Shown in pieces: positions 54,074 through 64,000 of a DNA stretch of 64,000 nucleotides (positions within the stretch are counted from its first letter, which is position 1; every line of letters starts with the position of its first letter). The stretch is from Octopus bimaculoides (taxonomy: Eukaryota): the NCBI RefSeq assembly GCF_001194135.2, contig NC_068990.1:92654117-92718116 (forward strand), written 5' to 3'. The position numbers were made by a program, and so were the translations under genes. Below the pieces are notes generated by a model. It saw only the letters and a program-made list of their open reading frames with translations, was not told the origin of the DNA and ran no database searches.

Positions 54074-54870
54074 CATCATCATCATCATCGTTTAACGTCC
54101 GCTTTCCATGCTAGCATGGGTTGGACGATTTGACTGAGGACTGGTGAAACCGGATGGCAACACCAGGCTCCAGTCTGATTTGGCAGAGTTTCTACAGCTG
54201 GATGCCCTTCCTAACGCCAACCACTCAGAGAGTGTAGTGGGTGCTTTTACGTGTCACCCGCACNNNNNNNNNNNNNNNNNNNNNNNNNNNNNNNNNNNNN
54301 NNNNNNNNNNNNNNNNNNNNNNNNNNNNNNNNNNNNNNNNNNNNNNNNNNNNNNNNNNNNNNNNNNNNNNNNNNNNNNNNNNNNNNNNNNNNNNNNNNNN
54401 NNNNNNNNNNNNNNNNNNNNNNNNNNNNNNNNNNNNNNNNNNNNNNNNNNNNNNNNNNNNNNNNNNNNNNNNNNNNNNNNNNNNNNNNNNNNNNNNNNNN
54501 NNNNNNNNNNNNNNNNNNNNNNNNNNNNNNNNNNNNNNNNNNNNNNNNNNNNNNNNNNNNNNNNNNNNNNNNNCCAGGTCTTCCTGGGCCTACCTCTTCC
54601 ACGGGTTCCCTCAACTGTTAGGGTGTGGCACTTTTTCACGCAGCTATCCTCCTCCATTCTCACCACATGTCCATACCAGCGCAATCGTCTCTCTTGCACG
54701 CCACAACTGATGCTTCTAATGTTCAGCTTTTCTCTCAAGATACTTACACTCTGACGGGTATTCACATTGACATTACACATCCAACGGAGCATACTGGCTT
54801 CATTCCTTGCGAGCTTACGTATGTCCTCAGCAGTTACAGCCCATGTTTCACTGCCATGTAGCATGGTTGT
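54073..54870 (-). mobile_element. RTE-clade LINE 3' end spanning an assembly gap
   Basis: MLHGSETWAVTAEDIRKLARNEASMLRWMCNVNV...RRLRWYGHVVRMEEDSCVKKC...GRGRPRKTW, then the family 3' tail ending in (GAT)n at about 54073. Confidence 0.88.
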
Positions 54871-55374
54871 TCGTACGCATATATATATATATATATATGG
54901 AACAAAAACACAATAGAGGGCATTAAAACATTCAGACAGATAGATGATACAAAGGTGGACAAGAGAAACAACAATTAGAAGGACAGCCAAAAAAAGACGG
55001 GTCGTTCTTGGCTTTATTTCCTCAGTCAAGTGCCAGACGTCACGACCATTTCTGGCAGTTACACTTGAGATGGTTCGATCTGGTTGCCCCCAAAAAAGTC
55101 TAAGCTAAGAGCATTAGACCCCTTTGTAAGAAAGCTAGCGAATGTGTACAGCAACAAAGACAAAAGACGGAGAACATGATACACAATTACGAATACAGAC
55201 AACAATATAACAACAGGTGTCTTTCGAGTGAGAACGAATAAAATTGAGCTGGTGTGTATGAAGTGAAAGCCTAAAGGCAAGAACATAGGAGATGGACATA
55301 AGAAGTGTTGGCAGTCAGGCCAAGAAATGTTATTAATTTAATGTTATTAAACAACTACATTATAAAATACTTAC

Positions 55375-55408
55375 CCAACACACATTCCTTTTACTCCTTG
55401 TTCCCAAC
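55375..55408 (-). CDS. FKBP11: FKBP11-like PPIase micro-exon (34 bp)
   Basis: Minus strand ttcttttcag / gtaagt. Reads (G)WEQGVKGMCVG, and its phases (1 to 2) join both neighbours exactly. Confidence 0.93.
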
Positions 55409-55501
55409 CTGAAAAGAAAAAGAAAATTGTTGAGAGCCTGTCAAATTCAGATTGTTACACACAGAGGGCGTACATAAGTGCAACGATATCCCCAATGTAT
55501 A

Positions 55502-55700
55502 AGTGGGGTAATCTACCAGAGGACCTTAATATCTCCACCGTACAGTGAGACTAATCTACCAGAATATCCAAGTATCTTTGTTGTACAGTGGGATAGTCTA
55601 CTAAATGACCCTTGTTTCTCCACTGTACTGTGGGGTAATCTACCAAAAGACTTTAGCATTTCCAGTGGGGTAATCAATTAGAAGACCCTAGTATCTGCAA
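55502..55700. repeat. Degenerate about 42-bp minisatellite (about 5 units)
   Basis: Units start at about 55502, 55544, 55587, 55629 and 55664 with agtggggtaatctacc variants. Confidence 0.7.
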
Positions 55701-57757
55701 TGTGGTTAGGATGTTTATGCTCATGATCATGAGATTGTGGTTTCAATTCCCACACTGGCTGTGCATTATGTTCTGGAGCAAAGTCATTTCACATTGCTCC
55801 AGATCCAAGATAAATTCCCAACTGGTAGACTAGTTGTTGTTTAGCCAAAGGTAAAGCCTGATTAAACAGAACTATCTATGTGAATTGCTGTATGATCGAG
55901 AAGTTCACTTTGCAACCATATGATGGTTCTGGGTTCAATCCCACTGCATGGTGCCTTGGGCAAATATCATCTCTTGTAGCTTCAGGTTGACCTTATGAGT
56001 GAAATTTGGTCAACAAACTGTACAGAAGCCTCCAACAATTATTGTTGTTATCTACAAAGCTCAAGTGAGGCCTACAATGGCGTTTACTCCCTTATCTAAG
56101 ATGGTATTGCTGCTGCACACACAGACATCATAGACTGCATTCAGAAAAGCCCCCTATTACCTACTCACCCCACCGACCACCCTGGTATTTTATGGCTATC
56201 TTGGACTACACTATAATACAATGTCCAGTGGCAGGAATATTCAGCAGTCAGATTGCTACACCCAATGTCATGATTTGCTAGAATATTACCCATGTGATAA
56301 AAAAAATCTAACCAATCACGACTTCACATGGAATAGACTCCAGCAATGATTTCATCTTCTGGCTTCTTTCTGAGCCTGTCATTATAAACTCAGCATGCTT
56401 AACGAGAAACACAGCAGAGACAAGATGGCAGACGGATGGTGAACAGCTGTTGATGCAAGCTGATGGCAGCTAAACAATGACGAATGTCAACAGCAACACT
56501 GGCACCAACCACTTTGTCGTTACATTCACACCAAAATCAATAATTCAAACTCTCTCAATGTTTTGTTGTTCGTAATAACAACAGTATTTACTTTTTGTTA
56601 AAAATAAAAATAAAAATGTTGTTTATCACAAATCTCACAGATTCAGTGTTCTTCTTCATACAGTCCTTATTGTTTTCTTTAAGGTGCCACAAGGAGATTT
56701 TACTGCTATTTCTAGCAAGTCAAATAACCATATAGAGGGTTCCTTCCTCATTGGCTCATAATCATTTAAATTCCGAAGGGACTTAATTTACTTTTGTAAG
56801 GGATTTAATTCTTTTTACTAGGGAATTAATTTTATGGGGTATTTATTATCCCAGTGAATCAATATATTTTACTCAGGACTTAATTTATTTTACAAAGAAG
56901 TTAAGTAGTTTCACCAAGGAATTTCATACAAAACCATATTTTGTGGCATGGAAGATGAAATTTTGCTGCAAAACAAAATCTTGAAAATTACCATGCAACT
57001 TCCATGATGTCAGTTGAGAAGTTACTGCTGTGGTTTTCTTGAGTCTAACTGATTTCAGTTAGACCCAAGAAAACCAAGGTGTCATTCCATAACTTAGCAA
57101 TTACAATTATTTTCTATGCTGTAAAACATCTTATTTAACTAATATTGTTGATATAATTACAATTACTCAGTAAATAAAAGAATAATCACAAGACAGTTAA
57201 AGCAAAGAGTATTGTGTTGTGTACTACAATAATATTACTCAGCAGCAGATCACAAGGGAGGTGGCCATTGTCTGGTGATCTCATTCAATACCAGACATGA
57301 TTACTCTGTTGGTTTGCCTGATAATATTATCTAATAACAAGCATTTAGTCTATGCTTCCTGGACACTGCCCACTCGTGTGAACAAGTCTATCACCATTGC
57401 CAGGCTTGACAGAGTTTCTACAACCAGATGCTCTTCCTATTGCCAACCCTCACCGGTGTCCAAACAAGGTAATATTTCCTATGAAAGACTGGAAATGAAC
57501 ATCATTTGCATCATGATGCTTGTTTACAACCATTACATGATGTCAACACATGGCTACATTCATGACGCAGTCACAAACACACACACACACACACACATAC
57601 ACACACACATAATGGTAAGTATAAAAGTTTTTCTTCTAAGAATTATATTTTCAAAATCAGAGAACATATTTCATGATGCAGTATCTACCATTCTGTAAAC
57701 TATGGTAAAAAAAAATTAATATAATTAAAGAATAATTAAAAAAAAATGAAATATTAC

Positions 57758-57851
57758 CAGGAATAACCATTGATTCTCCTAATATGAATTCTACAGGGTT
57801 CTTATTCTGTTTTATTGAACTGTCAAATATTTCGCCGTTCTCCAGGTATCC
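57758..57851 (-). CDS. FKBP11: FKBP11-like PPIase exon (94 bp)
   Basis: Minus strand cttttag / gtaata. Reads GYLENGEIFDSSIKQNKNPVEFILGESMVIP(G), with the FDSS and P.EF.LG..VIPG FKBP motifs. Confidence 0.93.
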
Positions 57852-59012
57852 CTAAAAGATAAAGTTAAACAGATGTATAACAACAGCAATAACAACTTGT
57901 GATAAAGAGAAAAGAAAGGAGATGATGGGGCTCAATATTCAGTCATAATTTTTAAAGAACAACCTCAAAAAATCTTATGTCATAATAATAATAATAATGG
58001 TTCAATGGACAAACAGACTTAATGTCTTAAAATACGGATCTAGTCTAATCAGTTGTTGTGTAGTCCCAGGTGAGTCCTGATCCAACAGACCTATAATTAA
58101 AGATAGTTTTCATTACAGTAAAAAAAAAAAATCATGGTTTAATCAGAATATGAAGATGCCACAAGCGAGAGGTGTTGACTATCTCCAACAACTGAATAAA
58201 GACGTCTCCACTTAATTATGTATTTCTTTTTCATCATCATCATCATTTAACATTTCTTTCACCATGCTGGCATGGGTTGGATGATTCAACAAGAACAGAT
58301 GACTGAGCAGGCTCTACCAGGTTCTATGTCTGCTTTGGAATGGCTTCTACTGCTTGATGCCCTTCCTAATCCCAACCAATTAATAGAGTGTCCTGGATGC
58401 TTTTTATGTGGCACCAGCACTGGTAGTGTCACCAAGTACTTGCAGGATGAGATCTCTCAACTGGAGAAATAAGAAACTATGATGGAGGGAGAGAAGCAGG
58501 TGTCTTGCTGAAGAGGTGAACACATGGCTTGCTCACCTGGAAAGTGGGAGAAAATAGAGACATGAGCTCCAGGTCTAACAAGAAAAATGAGACAGGTAGG
58601 AAGTGAACTGAGTGAAAATAGTGTGGAAGATGATTAGAGATTGGGAATGAGTTGGACAGAGAAGATGTCAGTTCAGTGTAGCAGGAAGCAGAGAAAACAG
58701 AAGGCATGACAACCTCAGTTCTGCTGAGATGGATGGATCTTCTCGCTTGATATTTCATTACCAAATTTCTGGTGAAATGTGCTGCCTTTGTTTTAATAAA
58801 TTTTGAAACTAATAAAGAATTTAATAAAATAACTTTGTCGTTAATTATCTGGTGTTTGGAATATGATATAACATGAAATTTTGATGGAAAAATTTTATTT
58901 AGATTAGTTTAAAACAGAAAGGTTGTTTCACAAAATCAGGGTGGTCTTGGGTAGGTTGGTATCGAAAGAAGCAAGCAAGAAAATATTTAGAATTCAAGAA
59001 ATCTGTACTTAC

Positions 59013-59075
59013 TGTGTAATGTACAAACACCTGGTCTCCATTTTCAGCCACCTCTTCACATGTTTCTGGTTTGTA
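59013..59075 (-). CDS. FKBP11: FKBP11-like PPIase, first identified exon (63 bp)
   Basis: Minus strand cttgtag / gtaagt. Reads YKPETCEEVAENGDQVFVHYT (GDxVxVHYT, FKBP Tyr26 equivalent), phase 0 to 0. Confidence 0.9.
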
Positions 59076-59297
59076 CTACAAGAGACAAGATATATTTGTC
59101 ATTATAAAAGATTAATGATAGATAGTTAGAAGAAACTGATAGATTGAGGATGAAATCCTAAAAGTTAAATGGTTCATTAGAAGAGAAACACACATGCATG
59201 CTATTGTGGGAATAAAAAGAGAAATGAGCACTTGCAAATTTCATTCAATGCTGATGTGATGGAGCTGACTGAGTCTCAGAATGAAAGTTCTGATGTG

Positions 59298-59362
59298 TCT
59301 GGCTGCTCTGCTTTTCACACTGCTGTCTGGCTGCTCTGCTTTTCACACTGCTGTCTGGCTGT
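59298..59362. repeat. 28-bp tandem repeat (about 2.3 copies)
   Basis: gtctggctgctctgcttttcacactgct repeated exactly. Confidence 0.85.
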
Positions 59363-60003
59363 GTTTCAACATCAAAGACATAGACTAGTGAGACTTCCTC
59401 ATGCAAAACTACAATCAATCCTGAACATAAATGAGATTACCATTCCACAAACAACAAAGCATTGACAAAAGCAAAATGTCTAAGAATCCAAACTATCATT
59501 GATAAACACCAACTCTGATGACAAGGGTATTTAAAAAGAATCCCAGACACAAGAATACCCAAATTAATTACACTATGTACTCTGAACTTACAGAAGATCA
59601 TTGCCAAATGGTGTAGCAAAGAAATACTTTTGTGACTATTAAGATCATTCTCTTGTTTAACATCCAATCTGACCACTGGGAAAACAAAGCTGAAGACTCT
59701 AAGAACAGGAGGCAAGTATGCAGAGAGGAGCCATTGGTGTCAGCCATATTTGGCATCAACAAGCCAAAGCATAAAGAATTAGAAGAAAAGAAAGAGCTTG
59801 ATAATAACTTCAGGGACAAGGACCATCTTGGTAAATGGAGTGTTGATTCTGTACCCAACAATTTCTGAAACACTGGAAGGTACAGTCATAGAAAATGGAA
59901 ATATCAACAAGACTGAAGAAACTTTAGAAATATCTTTGACACTGAAGAAACACCAAGACAGTATATATGGCTCATATATTTATATAGTATCATTATTGAT
60001 GTG

Positions 60004-60230
60004 CTAACATAGGCTGTCTTTTACTAAGAGCCATAGCTTGATCTCTCTGATTATATCTTTCAATTCATTACTTTTTGCAATGACTCGTAGGTTTGCTTTG
60101 GCAATGTTGAAGATATTCTGGTGACGTGGGTTGTGTGTCACAATAAATGGTATGACTTGTTCCTGTTTTCCTCTTCTTTGGGTTGTCCTCAGTTGTTGTA
60201 TGTCCTCATACAAATTCACTGCAGTTATTG
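60004..60230 (-). mobile_element. Penelope-like element fragment (RT-to-GIY-YIG linker)
   Basis: DIQQLRTTQRRGKQEQVIPFIVTHNPRHQNIFNIAKANLRVIAKSNELKDII followed by frameshifted KRQP, resembling the PF..T.NP...NIF linker of PLE ORFs. Confidence 0.65.
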
Positions 60231-61068
60231 TTGAGAAAATTTTCTCTTATGGTAAAAAGGTATGAAAACCAAACATATATTGACAAAGTACCTGATTTGA
60301 TAGACCTCCCAGATGAGGTCCCACCTCTCAGTGATAGTAGAGGGTAGAAAGCCAGATGTCACTTAAAGGCTTTCTGCCCTCAAAAAAAGACAAACTGCCC
60401 ACTGCTGGAAGCACTAAGGACTCCAACATTCACACCCAAATGGAAACAACGAAAGAGTTTACTCATGGCTCCCATGGAAGAGCAAACTTCCTCTGAATGT
60501 CCTGCTCCCCAAACCAACAACAGCAATAACATGGAGAAAGAAGAGTAGGCCAAAACTGGGATTACAATCACAAAAGGAGGCAGGCAAAAGACAGGGAGGG
60601 TACATATCCCTATTCCAAGAACACAGCAAAAACAAACACAGAAACCACAACTGCAACATCATCAACAAGAAAACAGAGAAACAATCAATAATGAAACTGC
60701 GTAAACAACAAAATATTTCAAACTGTATGCAAAATACATCCATCAACTTCATTGTTGTGAACAAAAACAGTGAAGTTGATGGATTATGTGTCTCAAAATA
60801 AAAACAAAATTGAGACAGAGAGAAAGGAATTTGAGGATGAAATCCTCAAAACCTCAAAGGAGAAACTATTGATAAGAATGTCCACAGACATTTAAAAATC
60901 AATTCAGGAAAAATTCTCAGCTAGTTGAAATTTTTAAGAAAACAATAGACAAAAGGTTTTTAAAAGGACCTTTTAGAAAATATTCACCAGTAGAGAAGTC
61001 CAGAACATCCAGGTTTCTTGAGAATCAAGGTGAGTGACCTTTTTTTTTTTTTTATTCAAACTAGCATA

Positions 61069-61765
61069 ACTATGCTAAGAGTGAGGTGTGTGAATGTGCA
61101 TAGCCTGGGGTCAGCTTGGAAGCAAGATCATTTGCTCAACAATCTCAGGTCACTTGATTTAGATGCAGCCACAATTAGTGAAACAAGAATTTCCCAAAAG
61201 CATGCTCTAGCATCCATTCTCGGAGACTTTGAGATATTCTCATTTTGTGGTCTGTTGGAAATGGGTAGCAGTGTAGCGGTGCTATTTCAGAAATCTTTAG
61301 ATCTCAAAGTATGGCAAACTTCTTGGACCTAGATGATAAAGTGGTGGTCCTGGCAGTGAATGACAGTGAAGGTGGCACCTTTAGACTAGTGGCCATTTAT
61401 GCCCCTAAAGGAGCTGGAAGCCTAGATTTCTTCAGGCATTTAGAAACATTTCTGGAAATATCTCGCGCTTTAGCACTAGTGGGAAACTGGAATAGTATTT
61501 TGGACACACAGGATTGTGTAGGTCTAGTATACAACAGAAAGGTGTGTAAAAGCCTCAAAAACCTGCTCAGAAACTTTCAACTGTCTGACAGGTGTCGACT
61601 GGATTGCCCTAATGTGCCAGTGTAGTCATAGAACAAACACAATGGATCATTCAGATAGAGCAACCAGAATGGGTCATATTAGATAGAAGTCAGCAGATAG
61701 GGACAGCATAGGTTGTCCACAATTCAAAGTTGGCAGTTACACAGACCACAAATTCATGATCTGCT
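61069..61765 (+). mobile_element. L1/Tx1-type LINE ORF2 apurinic endonuclease fragment
   Basis: MLRVRCVNVHSL...DAATISETR...VAVLF / FRLVAIYAP...LALVGNWNSILD...LSD, with a frameshift and stops. These match APE motifs (xNVxxL, xxETR, xYAP, GDFN-like). Confidence 0.78.
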
Positions 61766-61973
61766 AAAAGACTAAACTATTTTTTTTTTTACATACTTCT
61801 TTTTACTCAATATAAACCAGATTTCTTTTTTATGTATTGACTTCTCTTGTCCTTTTATTGTCCTCAACAAAATGACCAATATAAGAAGTCATTATTGTTG
61901 TTATTATTCTCTTCAAAGCTGACATCAGGATAATCAATAAGAAATATTGGAACACAGATATATGAAACATATG

Positions 61974-62034
<61 letters not shown>

Positions 62035-63729
62035 CGGATAGATGGATAGACAGACAGACAGATCTGTTAATACTATCTCATTGATTTCCATTCATATCCT
62101 ACAAAGTGTATAGACTTCTTTGTTTTATTTTTTTTTAAATCCCTTAAGAATAAACAACTTTCTTGGATGATAAATGTTATTTTACAGTTTACATTAGTTT
62201 AACGCTATAAAACAAAAGCCAGTCACCTGCCAACTCCACAGGTAATAAACGAGTTCATATATCATTACATTTCCTAGGTCAACACACTTTAAATCAATCA
62301 AACTATTATTTGTTGTCAAATAACTGTTATCATTAGCTTAATGTTTGAAGTAAGTTTAAAACAAGTCTCAGTACTTGGACACTGAATAATGGGAACAACC
62401 GTGAACGAATTGGTGCAGCTTTGGAGACGACTGTTTTGACATTGGGTTTTAGCAACATGGACAGTGTGAAAAAAATAAGTATACTCAATAATTTTATGCC
62501 AGACACAATGACAGGTGTACTACACATATATATATATCGCTTTTTATTATAGAATTTACATGGCATTGTTCCATTACTATGTCTTTCAAAGATAGTAATA
62601 CTTGAGGACTGCTGTTCCTTGCAAGAATACTTCCATCTTCTGTTACTTCTTTCAGTAATTGGACAGCAGCCATGCTGGAGCACCACTTTACTCTTATTTT
62701 TCTTGAGTCTGATAGTTATTCTATCAGTCTCTTTTGCCGGAAAACAAACTGATGCTGGTTGAGGGGGACAAACACACGCACACACATATATATATACATA
62801 TATACACCACAGGCTTCCACCACAGTTTCCATCAACCAAATTCACTCACAAGACATTGGTTGACCCAGGACTATAGCAGAAGACACTCACTCAAAGTGAC
62901 ATGTACAGGGACTGAACCCAAAAGCCATGTGATTACAAAGTGAGCTTCTTAACTACTCAGCCAACCTGTGCAGTTTAGATATCCATCCTTAAAGCACAAG
63001 CAAGCACTGAGAAGATATTTCGTGATTACGAGCCATAGAGTCCTGTTTGAGGAAACCTGAGAGACAGCAGTATCAGTCGATTACATCAGCTTCAGTACTT
63101 AACAGGTACTTTATCAACCCCTGAATAATAAAAGGGGAAACTGACCTCAGCAGAATTTGTAGTTAGAGAGCAAAGGGCAGAAATGAAATACCACTCTAAC
63201 AATTCAATCAACTGCTCATAGTTAGTCAATAGAAACAGAAGAAAAAAATGAAGTAGCAACGTACAACAAAACAGACATCACATCGTAATTTTATATTATG
63301 CTCATTTACGCTTTTAATTCTAAAGTCTACAAAAATATTTGATTTAATAAGCAACAATTTTACAAAACCAAAAAAAAAACGTGCGCATAAGGGTTTTGAA
63401 CTATGTATCTATAAGTCATTCAACAAGCAAAAGCTATCCAGGTTCAAGTCATATAAATGGCTCTATTGCTCTTTTTTCTGTCTCAAATTGAGGCTTTTAA
63501 TGTCTAGTAAGATTTACATTAAACTATTAGCAATTAATTTATTAACTTCTAAAAAATCTTTAATATGAGAAACATAGATGCGTCAGTTTCGAAAAAAAAA
63601 CGAAATACATAAAAGGTTTTTTTCCCGAAAAAGAAATAAAGAGTAAGATATGATACTATGGCAGAGTGAATGTAGAGAACTATATGCAAATATATATATA
63701 TATATATATGAGTCACTATCAGAACTAGA

Positions 63730-64000
63730 GGAGAAGTTTCAGGTGTGGAAGCAAGGTCTAGAATTGAAGGGCCTTAGAGTCAACCTAGCTAAAACCAAAA
63801 TCCTAATAAGTAGGAAGGTAGATAAAACACAAACCCCTTCAGGTAGATGGCCCTGCTCAGTATGTAGAAAAGGAGTAGGTAGTAACTCTATAAGATGTAC
63901 CCGGTGCAAGCTATGGACACATAAGAGGTGCAGCAACATCAAAGGCAGGTTAACTAGCAAGTTAGTTTTTGTTTGTGGCAGATGTTCAGGTGCAATAAAG
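63730..64000 (+). mobile_element. RTE-clade LINE fragment (runs off window)
   Basis: Same family as 8755-9600: VNLAKTKILISRK...GRWPCSVCRKGVGSNSIRCTRCKLWTHKRCSNIKGRL. Confidence 0.85.

Noticed and set aside
10069-54754. Long ORFs made mostly of X
   Set aside because: Artefacts of reading through N gaps.
54950-55300. Repeat-like segment with ctgagga and cgaaa on the minus strand
   Set aside because: The motifs are in the wrong order and spacing for a hammerhead; left unclassified.
25610-55700. CRISPR-like interpretation of repeats and minisatellites
   Set aside because: Eukaryotic intron-containing DNA with no identical repeats separated by unique spacers and no cas genes.
56435-56495. gctgttga...tcaacagc terminal stem as snoRNA or HHR
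   Set aside because: No proper C/D boxes at the ends, and the HHR core (ctgatgg, gaat) and stem I do not fit.

Overview
AT-rich, microsatellite-dense animal genomic scaffold with six assembly gaps. The SINE/LINE families and repeat style suggest a cephalopod, probably Octopus; this is an inference, not a database match. Two convergent spliced genes are supported by contiguous in-phase GT-AG exons. (1) The 3' part of diacylglycerol kinase theta (DGKQ-like; catalytic and accessory domains; 8 exons, 436-11186, + strand; 5' exons lie upstream of the window). (2) An FKBP11-like ER membrane peptidyl-prolyl isomerase (5 exons, 59075 to 50247, - strand; the signal-peptide exon was not confidently found). 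The roughly 39 kb between them and the introns are filled with TE relics: R4/Dong-like, RTE, CR1-like and Tx1/L1-like LINE fragments, a decayed mariner, a mariner MITE, tRNA-derived SINEs and Penelope-like elements (PLEs). The most notable signal is a set of inverted-repeat insertions whose arms carry minimal type-I hammerhead ribozyme (HHR) motifs: stem I-CUGANGA-stem II-GAAA-palindromic stem III-UH-stem I'. There are three families with unrelated stem sequences, at about 25.7k/51.5k, 36.5k/37.8k and 42.3k/42.6k. One family flanks a decayed Penelope GIY-YIG endonuclease fragment. A possible alternative membrane-anchoring terminal exon of DGKQ lies next to a gap.
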